DNA from: a virus | DNA: 38,763 nt | Direction: 5' to 3' (one strand) | Virus record (IMG/VR): IMGVR_UViG_3300045988_151387 | Shown: piece after piece, positions 23,427 through 33,207 of the stretch | Numbering within the stretch: the stretch's first letter is position 1 | How the letters are laid out: each line of letters begins with the position of its first letter | The notes under the pieces: generated by a model | The model's input: only the letters and a program-made list of their open reading frames with translations | What the model was told of the DNA's origin: nothing | Database searches by the model: none | Translations under genes and position numbers: made by a program

Positions 23427-25043
23427 ATGGGATTGCTGGAAAATCAGGAAGAGGCTGACAGAGTTTCAACGCTATATCGAAATTTAGAAGATAGGCTCAT
23501 GGCAAATATTATACGTCATTGCAGAACCTATAAGCAGCCGATTGATTCTGATAACTGGCTGCTTCAAAGGATGGCTGAGATTGGAAAATTAAACAGGGAA
23601 CATATAAAAATAATTGCCCAAAGCACGGGGATTTCCATGACAGCCATGGAACGCCTTTTAAAAGAAGCGGCTGATAATGCAATTTCAAAAGTAGAGCCAG
23701 GATTGCAGGAGCTGCTCAGGCAGGGGCTGGTGGAAGAAGCTGTGGAAGTAGACAAGAGCAAAGGTATAAAAAGAGTTATGAAAGCCTTCCATGACCAGGC
23801 AAAAGACACTTTAAATATGTGCAATACCACAATGCTATACAAAGCCAGAGATGCATATAAGAGATTGGTGCAAGATATCGCTGGAAGGGCGAAAGAGGTG
23901 GAAAACAAACCTTCTTTCTTGGCAACCATGAATAAACATGCTACCTCTGCTGTATTTGGAGCAGAATCTAGGCAGCAGGTGGTAAAAAACTGCATACAGG
24001 ATTTTAACAGAAAGGGAATTCCAGCTTTTGTAGATAAAAAAGGCAGGGAATGGACACCAGAAGCGTATGTGAATATGGCAATGAGGAACACGGTAAAAAG
24101 TGTTGCGGAACAGGTTCAGGATGAACGCTTTAAGGACTATGGGCAGGATTTAATAGAAATTGACAGCCATCCAGGTTCCAGACCCAAATGTGCAAAAGAC
24201 CAGGGAAAGATTTACAGTCTTTCCAATAAGCGTGGGAAAACAACAGATGCCCGTGGAAGAGAGATTGAGTATATTCCATGGAAAGATAGTAGCTATGGAG
24301 AACCAGATGGAATCCTTGGCATTAATTGCAGCCATCATAAATGGCTGTTCTTTCCTGGGAAAAGTATTAGAAGATACTTCCCTACAGAGGACATGGAAGA
24401 AAACAACCGTCTCTACAAACAGACACAAGTACAAAGAGCCTATGAACGTGCGGTAAGGCGGCAGAAACGGTTATGCATGGAGCTGGACAGTATAGGAGAT
24501 GAAGAAGGTTTCAAAGAAGCATCTGTAAAATTAAAGCAGAAAGAAGCCAAACTAAAAGAATATGTAGACAAGCATGAATTTCTACATAGAAGAAAAGACC
24601 GAGAGCAGGTTATAGGATTTGACCGAAGCAACAGTGCCAAAGCAGTAGCTGCAAAGAAAGCCTATACAAAAGCAATGGAAACTGATACAATACCAGTAAA
24701 GGATATTAAGATTCCAAAGAGTGTTGGAGCAAAATTCAAAAATTATAAGGTTGTGGATAAAACAACAGGGGTAGAATATGAATTTGCTCCGGGAACCAGA
24801 ATACAAAACGGAGAAGTTTTTGCTGGAAAGGGTACCAGGCATCCGCTTCACGAAGGAGTTGCAGAAGGTTTATCGAAGGAATTTGGCGGAACACCATCAA
24901 AATGGCAGCATGCAAAAGGTTTTGGGGTATTGCAGGATGAAGAAACAGGAGAGGAATTACAGGCAGAAGTACACTGGTTCCAGGAAGAAACCGTTGGGAA
25001 GGTTAAGTTTAAGGTGAAGAGGTGGCTGGATGATGAAGGTTAA
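23427..25043 (+). CDS. Minor capsid / head morphogenesis protein (SPP1 gp7 / Mu F-like) with a C-terminal extension of about 115 aa
   Basis: Follows the portal. Conserved core ...PDGILGINCSHHKWLFFPG... Confidence 0.7.
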   Translation: MGLLENQEEADRVSTLYRNLEDRLMANIIRHCRTYKQPIDSDNWLLQRMAEIGKLNREHIKIIAQSTGISMTAMERLLKEAADNAISKVEPGLQELLRQGLVEEAVEVDKSKGIKRVMKAFHDQAKDTLNMCNTTMLYKARDAYKRLVQDIAGRAKEVENKPSFLATMNKHATSAVFGAESRQQVVKNCIQDFNRKGIPAFVDKKGREWTPEAYVNMAMRNTVKSVAEQVQDERFKDYGQDLIEIDSHPGSRPKCAKDQGKIYSLSNKRGKTTDARGREIEYIPWKDSSYGEPDGILGINCSHHKWLFFPGKSIRRYFPTEDMEENNRLYKQTQVQRAYERAVRRQKRLCMELDSIGDEEGFKEASVKLKQKEAKLKEYVDKHEFLHRRKDREQVIGFDRSNSAKAVAAKKAYTKAMETDTIPVKDIKIPKSVGAKFKNYKVVDKTTGVEYEFAPGTRIQNGEVFAGKGTRHPLHEGVAEGLSKEFGGTPSKWQHAKGFGVLQDEETGEELQAEVHWFQEETVGKVKFKVKRWLDDEG

Positions 25044-25191
25044 ATTTATTGGAAAGACCGAGTTTTTGGTTTTAACAAATGGGAAAATATATGATGTGTT
25101 GTCTGTAGAGAAAGGTTTTTACAGAATTGTAGATGATTCAGGAGAGGATTATTTATATCCTCCAAAATATTTTGAAGTTGTAGAAGAATAA
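25030..25191 (+). CDS. Small 53-aa protein, hypothetical
   Basis: Overlaps the upstream stop. Sequence MMKVKFIGKTEFLVLTNGKIYDVLSVEKGFYRIVDDSGEDYLYPPKYFEVVEE. Not in the ORF track. Confidence 0.45.
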   Translation: MMKVKFIGKTEFLVLTNGKIYDVLSVEKGFYRIVDDSGEDYLYPPKYFEVVEE

Positions 25192-25222
25192 CCACCAGTC
25201 ATAATTGGCCGGTGGTATTTTT
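25191..25222 (+). terminator. Rho-independent terminator (weak)
   Basis: accacc...ggtggt stem followed by attttt. Confidence 0.45.
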
Positions 25223-25253
25223 GTACCCATTTTTAGGAGGGAGTGATACAAGA

Positions 25254-25559
25254 TTGATTGTAGTAAACATTACACCTACAGGCCTTACCATAGATGGCCA
25301 TGCAGGATATGCAAAAACAGGAAATGATATCATTTGTGCAGCAGTTTCAGCCTTGGCACAAAACCTGGTAAGTTCCATAGAGGCACTTACCAGGGATAAA
25401 ATTCTTTGCCAGGTAAAAGACGGGCACATGGATATAAAATGGGAGAATCTTTCAGAACAGGGAAAGCTGCTGGTGGATTCTTTTTTTCTTGGCATTTGCG
25501 GAATCTCCAACACATACGGGGAGAACTACGTAAAAGCTACGTCCAGAATGTGCGTATGA
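25254..25559 (+). CDS. prp: Prp-family cysteine protease (ribosomal-processing protease homologue)
   Basis: TTG start after aggaggga. GLTIDGHAGYAKTGNDIICAAVSALAQ contains the His...Cys dyad typical of Prp/DUF464. Confidence 0.75.
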   Translation: MIVVNITPTGLTIDGHAGYAKTGNDIICAAVSALAQNLVSSIEALTRDKILCQVKDGHMDIKWENLSEQGKLLVDSFFLGICGISNTYGENYVKATSRMCV

Positions 25560-25609
25560 CGTAAAACTATGCATGAGAAAGTCGGCGGACATAAAACGGG
25601 AGGTAAAAG

Positions 25610-26206
25610 ATGCCTAAATTTAGGAACAACAGATATGGAGTAAGTATGAACCTGCAGCTTTTTGCTGAGGGAGGAGACACCGGGGCAGATGCCGGGGATG
25701 GTGACGACCAGGACGATACCGAAGGTGGTGCGGACGAAGGCGGGGAAGACGAACCAAAATACACACAGGCAGACATTGACAAGGCAGTGGCCAGAACCAT
25801 TGCAAAGGAAAGGGCAAAGGCTGAGAGGGCTGCTAAGCGGAAGACAGAAAAAGAAAATTCTGGTGGTTCGGACGGGAAGGAAACCAATGAAGAGCTGGAA
25901 GAAGCAAGAAATAAGGCATCCAAAGCAGAGACAAAGGTTGCCTGCTATGAAGCTGGGGTAGCGAAAGATGCGGTGGATGATGTGGCAGCCCTGGCACATT
26001 CTTATATGCAGGCAGATGATTCCCTTGACCTGGAAGATGCCATTGAAAAAGTGGTAAAGAAATATCCTCACTTCAAAGGAAAACCGGAAAAAGAAGAGGA
26101 GGAAGAGGAAAACAAAGCATGGGGAGAACGGCAGCGCAGGGGAGGCAGCAAAATCTCAGGCGTGGAAGCTGCCTTCTTAAAGAAAAACCCAGGACTTAAA
26201 ATCTAG
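25610..26206 (+). CDS. Scaffolding protein with an N-terminal Prp cleavage motif
   Basis: RBS gggaggt. MPKFRNNRYGVSMNLQLFAEGG. Acidic then helical charged body. Lies before the capsid gene. Confidence 0.75.
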   Translation: MPKFRNNRYGVSMNLQLFAEGGDTGADAGDGDDQDDTEGGADEGGEDEPKYTQADIDKAVARTIAKERAKAERAAKRKTEKENSGGSDGKETNEELEEARNKASKAETKVACYEAGVAKDAVDDVAALAHSYMQADDSLDLEDAIEKVVKKYPHFKGKPEKEEEEEENKAWGERQRRGGSKISGVEAAFLKKNPGLKI

Positions 26207-26220
26207 GAGGAAAGCAGAGT

Positions 26221-27351
26221 ATGAAATTTAAATTCTTTTTATTACAGTTATTTGCACATGAGCACCAGGAAAGATGGTCTAAACTGGTGCTTGCAAAGTT
26301 AAGAAACGAACTGGTACTGAAGGATGGCGTGGTATTTAACAATGACTACGAAGGTTCTCCGGCAGCAGGAATTGTAAAAATCCCAGTTCGTGATGAAGAG
26401 GTAGTAGTAAGTGACTACGATAAGGCAAACGGTATCCAGGGAACGCATGGTTCCACAAAATATGAGAACATGCCTATCACAAAAGATAAAGCAATCAACG
26501 AAATCATTGACGGGTATGATTCCAAAGCGGTACCGGATAACCTGGTTGCAGATCGTCTGGACTCTGCCTCTTACATGATGGCAAAACAGATTGATACAGA
26601 TGGCGGCACAACACTTCTGGCAGCAGCTACCGTAGACAATGAAACGGAACTTACAAAGGACAACATCTACGGGAAAATCGTAGATATCCGAACCAGAATG
26701 AATAAAGCCAATATTCCAAATGATGGAAAGCGTTATATCTTGGCTGTACCGGATGCCATGGCATTGATTTTAAAATCCCCGGAATTTATTTCCGCATCTT
26801 CCCTTGGGGATGAAGTGAAAGTAACTGGTGCGGTAGGTAAGATTGCCGGATTCCTGGTAATTGAATGGAATGATACCACTGCCAACTTAATGATGTTAGC
26901 AGGACATCCAAGATTTGCCACACGTGCCATGGACTTTTCCGTTCCAATCCACCTGCAGGATTTATCCGGATCCGGAAAATATATTGGTGCTTCTGCAGTA
27001 CAGGGGCGTAAAGTGTATGACCATAAGGTTCTCCGAAGTGTTGCAATCCGTGCAATTTACTCTCCTGGTTCTCTGGTGCTTTCTGCAGCAGCTGGGGCAG
27101 CGGCAGGAACTACCAAAGTAACAGTAAATGCTGGAAATTCCGGTACTACTTACACTTACAAGAAGAACCCTGCAACAAGAGCCATCTACGATATGACCAC
27201 AGCGAAATATGCAGGTACAGCGCTTACCAGCGGAACCACAGAGATTGCAGTAACAGAAGGGGATATTATTGAGGTAGTAAACCTTGTGGCTGGAAAAGTG
27301 GCAAATGTAGGTTACTTAACCGTAAAAGCAGGACAGATTAAAACATCCTAA
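26221..27351 (+). CDS. Major capsid protein (N-terminal LQLFA propeptide motif)
   Basis: RBS aggagga. 376 aa, after the scaffold. MKFKFFLLQLFAHEH. Confidence 0.8.
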   Translation: MKFKFFLLQLFAHEHQERWSKLVLAKLRNELVLKDGVVFNNDYEGSPAAGIVKIPVRDEEVVVSDYDKANGIQGTHGSTKYENMPITKDKAINEIIDGYDSKAVPDNLVADRLDSASYMMAKQIDTDGGTTLLAAATVDNETELTKDNIYGKIVDIRTRMNKANIPNDGKRYILAVPDAMALILKSPEFISASSLGDEVKVTGAVGKIAGFLVIEWNDTTANLMMLAGHPRFATRAMDFSVPIHLQDLSGSGKYIGASAVQGRKVYDHKVLRSVAIRAIYSPGSLVLSAAAGAAAGTTKVTVNAGNSGTTYTYKKNPATRAIYDMTTAKYAGTALTSGTTEIAVTEGDIIEVVNLVAGKVANVGYLTVKAGQIKTS

Positions 27352-27361
27352 GGAGTAGAAT

Positions 27362-27751
27362 ATGGCATATGTAACACAGGATTACTACTTAAAAGATTTT
27401 CATGGGGAAGCAGTCCAGGAGGCTGACTTTCCCTCCCTTGAGGAACGTGCAGCAGAAATCATAGAAGAACTGTGCATGTACCGTATAAAGGAAAGCAATA
27501 TGGAAAGTTACAGCCCAGATATCCAGGAACGTATCAAAAAGGGCATATGTGCCCAGATAGAGTACCTGGATGCCAATGGAGGCAGTGAGATGGACAATGG
27601 GGTAGATATTCAGAGTGCAGGCCTTGGAAAGTTTAACTATACCAAGGTGTCTGGAACAGCTGGAAATCAGGGACAATCCATCTATTCCCCCAGGGCAAGG
27701 CGGATTCTTGCCCCTACAGGACTTTTATACAGAGGAGGCGGATGTTTATGA
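27362..27751 (+). CDS. Head-tail connector (gp6-like) protein
   Basis: Position and size. Confidence 0.5.
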   Translation: MAYVTQDYYLKDFHGEAVQEADFPSLEERAAEIIEELCMYRIKESNMESYSPDIQERIKKGICAQIEYLDANGGSEMDNGVDIQSAGLGKFNYTKVSGTAGNQGQSIYSPRARRILAPTGLLYRGGGCL

Positions 27752-28089
27752 GGGCAATTCCAAAAGCTCTTCTAATCCATACGATAACGCTGCACAAGAA
27801 AGAAAATGAAGACAGATGGGGAAATGGAAATCTGGATACAGGAATTACCATACAATATGTACGTATGGAACCGTCAAGCAAAATCATCAGGGACAAAAAT
27901 AATGCAGAAATACAGCTTTCCGCCACGTTGTTTTATGACTGTAGAAATAGTTTACCTAGAGATATAAAGTTTGTGAAAGATGATATTGTTTCGTTTAATG
28001 GAGAAAAGTACAGGATAGAAACAATAGAGTCTTTATATGACAGGGAACGCTTACATCATTATGAAATGGGGTTGGTAAAGGGTGGCTAA
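27742..28089 (+). CDS. Head closure / head-tail adaptor protein
   Basis: Position and size. Overlapping start. Confidence 0.45.
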   Translation: MFMRAIPKALLIHTITLHKKENEDRWGNGNLDTGITIQYVRMEPSSKIIRDKNNAEIQLSATLFYDCRNSLPRDIKFVKDDIVSFNGEKYRIETIESLYDRERLHHYEMGLVKGG

Positions 28090-28486
28090 TATAAAGGCGA
28101 AGGTTACATTTGACAAAGCTGCAGCATTGGCCAGATTACATGCGGCCAGCGATAAAGCATTAACCATCATGGGGCAGCAGGCATTAGGAGATATCACACA
28201 ACATGTACCGGTAGACCAAGGAGGTTTACAGAATAGTGGTATTTCGAGTAGTGATAACGTAGCGGAAAACGGAGAATATGTTTTGCGTTGGGATGAACCT
28301 TATGCACAATATCTTTTCCATGGAGAAGTTATGTACGGAAATCCAACAAACCGTACCTATGGTCCTAAAAAGATATCCTTCACAAGTGCCATGGCCAAAA
28401 TGGAATGGACAAAATATGCAGAACAGGTATATGGAGAAGACTGGCAGGCAGTATATCAGGCAGCCTTTAGGGAGGAATTGAGATAA
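28082..28486 (+). CDS. HK97 gp10-like tail-completion / neck protein
   Basis: ITQHVPVDQGGLQNSG...WDEPYAQYLFHG resembles the gp10-family signature. Confidence 0.55.
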   Translation: MANIKAKVTFDKAAALARLHAASDKALTIMGQQALGDITQHVPVDQGGLQNSGISSSDNVAENGEYVLRWDEPYAQYLFHGEVMYGNPTNRTYGPKKISFTSAMAKMEWTKYAEQVYGEDWQAVYQAAFREELR

Positions 28487-28869
28487 TGTTAAAAGAATTT
28501 ATGAACACCCTTGTGGAGACTGCAGAACAGCATTGCAGCCTTAGCGGCTCAATATCTTTAAAAGAACTTCCGGCAGAGGGTGGTCTATATGCAGAGCCAG
28601 GGCAAGGGTTTGAAGTGGCCAAGTATTATGATAAAACAGGAATCCATACTCTTCCAGTGTTGTTTCTTTGTAGAAATAAAGACCAGATAAAGTGTATAGA
28701 CCAGTTGGAGAGCATCTGTAATTATTTTACCCGTTTGAAGGAATACCCAAAAGGAGAACAATTTGCCTGGCTGAATACCGAGGTGGCAAAAGGGGTAAGT
28801 AGGGTAGGACGGGATGCGGATGGAGTGTATCACTATTCTTGTATTTTGAACTGTAAACTATATTTTTAA
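28486..28869 (+). CDS. Tail terminator-like protein
   Basis: Position directly before the tail tube gene. Confidence 0.4.
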   Translation: MLKEFMNTLVETAEQHCSLSGSISLKELPAEGGLYAEPGQGFEVAKYYDKTGIHTLPVLFLCRNKDQIKCIDQLESICNYFTRLKEYPKGEQFAWLNTEVAKGVSRVGRDADGVYHYSCILNCKLYF

Positions 28870-28884
28870 GAAAGGAACATTGCA

Positions 28885-29379
28885 ATGAAAAAGTGGGATT
28901 TACAGCAGTTTGCTGAAGTATTACCTAAAAATACAATTACACCAGAACTGAACTATGAAACAGAAGCATTTATTAATACCAGTCCAGAAGCTGGCGCAGC
29001 CACATGGGAAAGCCTCGCTGCCTTGACTAAGAATATGGCGGAATCTTTAAATGAAGTCCTTTATCAGACTGCTTATTATGCAGATAAGGGATGGGGAAGT
29101 ACAGAAGTTACAGGGGCACAGCTTACGCTTACCTTAACAGGAGATTGCAAGCCTACAGACAAGGCATATGAATATATTACCAGTGAAAAGGTAATGTATG
29201 GATTTGGGGAAGCAAGAAAAACCCATATGAAATTGACAAAAGGTGATAAATATGTGATCTGGCCTATCACATTGGCAAATATCACAAAAGGAAGAGGAGA
29301 TTCTTCTGCCACAAATGCCTTGACAGTAACGATCCACGGAAACGGAAAACCGGTTCTTGGTACCGTGGAAGAGCCTTGA
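28885..29379 (+). CDS. Major tail (tube) protein
   Basis: Position and size (164 aa). RBS gaaagga. Confidence 0.6.
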   Translation: MKKWDLQQFAEVLPKNTITPELNYETEAFINTSPEAGAATWESLAALTKNMAESLNEVLYQTAYYADKGWGSTEVTGAQLTLTLTGDCKPTDKAYEYITSEKVMYGFGEARKTHMKLTKGDKYVIWPITLANITKGRGDSSATNALTVTIHGNGKPVLGTVEEP

Positions 29380-29397
29380 TTTTGGAGGTGACAAATT

Positions 29398-29844
29398 ATG
29401 GCTTATCAAGCGAAAAAGAGAAAAACATTTGCAGAAGATTTGGAGTTAGTAGACGAACATGGAAGTGTAGTACATACACTCCATGTTAGCCTGGATGCGG
29501 ACGATATGGTAGCAAAGCTCAACAGGAAATATGCAGAACTGACTAAGAGCTTGGCGGAAGTATCCGAAATCCAAAGGAATGTAGAAAACAATGAAAAGAT
29601 GAATGAAGCGTTTGAAAAACTGGGAAGTGCAGTGACAAATCTTTTTGAGGCTGTCTTCGGAAAGGAAGATACAGAGCTTATCATATCGTTTTATGAGGGA
29701 AGATACATTGAAATGACAAAGGAGATTACTCCTTTTATTACTCAGTGCGTGATTCCCAGGTGCATTGAGATTAAAAAGGAAAACCAGAAGAGTATTTTAA
29801 ACTCTTATAACAGAAAGCAGAGAATGGCACTTTTCAGAAGGTGA
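29398..29844 (+). CDS. Tail assembly chaperone
   Basis: Lies between the tube and tape measure genes. Acidic/helical. Confidence 0.5.
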   Translation: MAYQAKKRKTFAEDLELVDEHGSVVHTLHVSLDADDMVAKLNRKYAELTKSLAEVSEIQRNVENNEKMNEAFEKLGSAVTNLFEAVFGKEDTELIISFYEGRYIEMTKEITPFITQCVIPRCIEIKKENQKSILNSYNRKQRMALFRR

Positions 29845-29848
29845 GTAA

Positions 29849-30457
29849 ATGGGATTCCTAACAGAAGCAATTGAGGAGAAGGTCGTTTACCAAAAAAGAA
29901 AATACTGGGTTAATGCATCTTTTGACACAGTCTTGCAGATACAGAGCCTGTTCAGGGAAGAGGAACTTCCAGAGAGTTTAAAGCTGCAGCAGGCTCTTAA
30001 AATGCTTCTGGTACATGATAGAACTTTTATGAGACTGCCTACAGAGAGTAAAAAAGAACTTCTCCATTTAATTTTTGAATGCTGCATTAATACACAGAAA
30101 AGACCAGAAACAAGAACAAAAGAGCAGAAAACCTTTGATTTTGAGTATGATGGAGAGTATATTTATGCTTCCTTTATGTTGGACTATGGGATTGACTTGG
30201 TAGATATGCAGGGGAAGCTACATTGGAAAAAGTTCATTTCTTTGTTCCAGGGACTGTCTGAGCGGACTAAAATAAGAGAGGTTATGCGGATACGCACCAT
30301 GGATATTCCAAAGTTTACAGGAAAAAACAGTAAACAGATACAGGAAATCCAGGAACTGAAATCTTATTATGCTCTTCCTGTGAAGGGAGGGGGAGGACAA
30401 CAGGGGTTAGATGCTCTGTTTTCAACGCTGGAAAGAATGGCGGTGAAAAATGGATAG
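29849..30457 (+). CDS. Gp15-like second tail chaperone
   Basis: Own RBS aaggtgag. By position and my recollection of the family (Bacteriophage Gp15). Confidence 0.45.
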   Translation: MGFLTEAIEEKVVYQKRKYWVNASFDTVLQIQSLFREEELPESLKLQQALKMLLVHDRTFMRLPTESKKELLHLIFECCINTQKRPETRTKEQKTFDFEYDGEYIYASFMLDYGIDLVDMQGKLHWKKFISLFQGLSERTKIREVMRIRTMDIPKFTGKNSKQIQEIQELKSYYALPVKGGGGQQGLDALFSTLERMAVKNG

Positions 30458-30608
30458 AACAGACACAAAAACTATGAAAAAGGCAGTGTGCCCGTATTGT
30501 GGCACACCAATCAATGCTTTTTATCGTAAAGACGCCAAGTGTGAGGGCGTCTTTTTTCGGTGCAAAAATAAGAAAAACTGTGGGAAACAATTTGAATTAA
30601 GAATTTAA
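30450..30608 (+). CDS. Small zinc-ribbon protein (52 aa, Cys-rich KTR-like)
   Basis: CPYCG...CEGVFFRCKNKKNCG. Not in the ORF track. Confidence 0.45.
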   Translation: MDRTDTKTMKKAVCPYCGTPINAFYRKDAKCEGVFFRCKNKKNCGKQFELRI

Positions 30609-30660
30609 AAGACGCTGTGCCTTTGTGCCTGTCTTACTAAATAAAGGCAGGTGATATAGC

Positions 30661-33207
30661 ATGGCAAAGAAAGATAGCGAGATTACCTACGTCATAAGTG
30701 CAGACGATAGTAATTTAGAAACGGATCTGGATAAAGCAGAAGAAAAGGTAAAGAAATCTACAAAGAAAGTGGAACAGGCAGCAGAACAGTCGGGAAAGAA
30801 AGTAGAACAAGAGACAAAAAGAAGCGTATCTAAGACAACCAGAACCCACGAACAGGGAAATGAGGATATAGAAAAATCTCATAAAAAATCCGGTGAAGAG
30901 AGAAAAAAGACGGAACGGGACATTGGAGAAGCCATGTCTCAGATTGCAGAATCTGCCTGTGGAGAGATTGGAGTTTCTTTTGAAAAAATAGTTTCCATTG
31001 CAAAAAGCCCTGTGGCAGCAGGAGCAGCTGGGGCAGCGGCTATAGCTGGTGTTGGTGTGGCTGCTGTCAATACTGCTGTGGACATAGACTCTGCTATGAA
31101 TCAGCTACAGGCAAGCACAGGTCTTGCGGCGGAAGAAACCGAGAATTATCGGCAGGTAATGGAAGGGGTTTATAAAAACAATTACGGTGAAAGTTTTGGA
31201 GAGATTGCAGATGTAATTGGAAAAATACGGCAGCAGGTAGGCGGGGTTGTAGATTCATGGGAACCAGAGGCACTACAAGGAATGGTAGAATCTGCTTTTG
31301 CTTTACAGGATATTTCAGGAGGAGCACTAGACGTTGAAAATTCTGTAAGGGCTGCAAGTACAATGATGGAGCAGTTTGGCATTGGCGGAGACGAAGCCTT
31401 AAGCATGATTGCAGCTGGATATCAAAATGGGCTGGACTACTCAGGAGAACTTCTGGACAGCATATCAGAATATTCCGTTCAATTTGAAAAAGTAGGTTTA
31501 GGTGCAGATGATATGTTTGCCATCTTTGAAAAAGGTGCAAAATCAGGTGCATTTAATCTGGACAAAGTCGGTGATGCTGTAAAAGAAATGGCCATTCGTG
31601 TTGTGGATGGTTCCGATACTACGAAGCAAGGATTTGAATTAATCGGTCTTAATGCAGATGAAATGGCTGCAAAATTTGCGGCTGGAGGAGACTCTGCAAA
31701 AGAAGCCTTTAAGCAAACAATTTCTGCACTTGCAGGATTAGAAGACCCATTGGCTCAAAACACTGCAGGGGTAGATTTGTTTGGAACTATGTGGGAAGAC
31801 CTAGGACCGGAGGCAGTAACTGCCCTTGCAGATATAGAGGATGGAGCGTATGACACTGCAAATGCAATGGAAGGCATCAAAGACGTAAAGTATGATGATC
31901 TCGGTTCCCAATTGGAAACACTGAAACGCAATGTAGAGATGCTTCTGGTGCCGCTAGGGGAATCTTTAATTCCTATTTTAAGTGATATGATGGAGGAAAT
32001 CCTGCCACCACTTATGGAAATTTTAGAACCTCTTTTAGGGCTTATAGAAGCCTTGTTGGAGCCATTGTTGGCTATGGCAGGGGAAATCTTAGAGCCACTG
32101 GTAGAAATTCTTTCAGAATTATTAGAACCTCTGATACAGATAATTGAAGAATGTCTGACGCCGCTGTTTGATTTAATAGAACAGTTGCTAGAACCGTTAT
32201 TGGAACTGATTGATACCTGTGTACGTCCGTTGTTGGAACTGGTGATGGAACTCATTGAACCGTTACTGCAGGTAATAACAGAATGTCTGGAACCCTTGAT
32301 AGAAGTTTTTACAGAACTTTTCGACCCTATTTTTAACTTGATAGAAAGTGCGCTGAAACCGCTGCTGGAACTGTTAGAACCATTGGTAGAGTTTATTTCT
32401 ACAGTATTGACACCTATTTTGGAGATTTTAATGCAGGTGTTCCAGGCTGTTTTTGAAACAATAGCAAATTATGTTCTGGAAAAAGTCGAAATTGTGCAAG
32501 GCGTACTAGACAATTTTGTAGGATTTATCAAAAATGTCTTTACTGGAAATTGGAAAGGTGCATGGGAAAATGTAAAAAACATTTTTACAGGAATCATGGA
32601 CCTTTTGCCTGGATATGTCCAGGGAATCATAGGAAACATAGGCGGAATATTAGATAGTCTGATAGATTTCATTAAAAATGTTTTCTCAGGAAACTGGTCT
32701 GGCGCATGGCAAAATATTCTTGATATTTTAAAAGGAATCTGGGATGGCATAGTTGGTGTTTTTAAAGCACCGCTAAACGCCATTGTAGACGCATGGAATA
32801 GACTGGTGAGTAGTATTGGAAGTATAGAAGTTCCAGATTGGGTTCCAGGAATAGGCGGTGGAACCTTTTCGCTGCCGAAACTTCCAAGATTAAAAATTGG
32901 TATGGATTATGTACCAAGTGATTTTTATCCGGCTTTTCTGGATGAAGGAGAGGCTGTTTTGACAAAGGAGGAAAACCGTCTTTATAGAGATTTAGGGGGA
33001 CTGCAAGGTATGTATAATCTGACGGGAATAAAAGATATACCACAGGAGCCTACATCCTTTCCAGATTTTGACTATAAACGGATGGGGGAAGAAACTGCAA
33101 AGTCTCTGGAAGGTATGGGAATATACCTAAATGAAGAAAAAGTAGGGGAAGTCATTACCCCGTCTGTCAACAATAACATGGGTATCATAGAGAGGAGGCG
33201 GCGTTAA
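30661..33207 (+). CDS. Tape measure protein
   Basis: 848 aa. Charged N-terminus, Ala/Gly hydrophobic segment, long (I/L)EPL(L/I) helical repeats. Lies upstream of Dit. Confidence 0.9.
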   Translation: MAKKDSEITYVISADDSNLETDLDKAEEKVKKSTKKVEQAAEQSGKKVEQETKRSVSKTTRTHEQGNEDIEKSHKKSGEERKKTERDIGEAMSQIAESACGEIGVSFEKIVSIAKSPVAAGAAGAAAIAGVGVAAVNTAVDIDSAMNQLQASTGLAAEETENYRQVMEGVYKNNYGESFGEIADVIGKIRQQVGGVVDSWEPEALQGMVESAFALQDISGGALDVENSVRAASTMMEQFGIGGDEALSMIAAGYQNGLDYSGELLDSISEYSVQFEKVGLGADDMFAIFEKGAKSGAFNLDKVGDAVKEMAIRVVDGSDTTKQGFELIGLNADEMAAKFAAGGDSAKEAFKQTISALAGLEDPLAQNTAGVDLFGTMWEDLGPEAVTALADIEDGAYDTANAMEGIKDVKYDDLGSQLETLKRNVEMLLVPLGESLIPILSDMMEEILPPLMEILEPLLGLIEALLEPLLAMAGEILEPLVEILSELLEPLIQIIEECLTPLFDLIEQLLEPLLELIDTCVRPLLELVMELIEPLLQVITECLEPLIEVFTELFDPIFNLIESALKPLLELLEPLVEFISTVLTPILEILMQVFQAVFETIANYVLEKVEIVQGVLDNFVGFIKNVFTGNWKGAWENVKNIFTGIMDLLPGYVQGIIGNIGGILDSLIDFIKNVFSGNWSGAWQNILDILKGIWDGIVGVFKAPLNAIVDAWNRLVSSIGSIEVPDWVPGIGGGTFSLPKLPRLKIGMDYVPSDFYPAFLDEGEAVLTKEENRLYRDLGGLQGMYNLTGIKDIPQEPTSFPDFDYKRMGEETAKSLEGMGIYLNEEKVGEVITPSVNNNMGIIERRRR

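Noticed and set aside
29398-30457. Canonical -1 programmed frameshift (gpG/gpGT) between the two tail chaperone ORFs
   Set aside because: The second ORF is in the +1 frame, not the -1 frame, relative to the first. It starts after the first ORF's stop and has its own RBS (aaggtgag) and ATG. No slippery heptamer was seen near the end of the first ORF.
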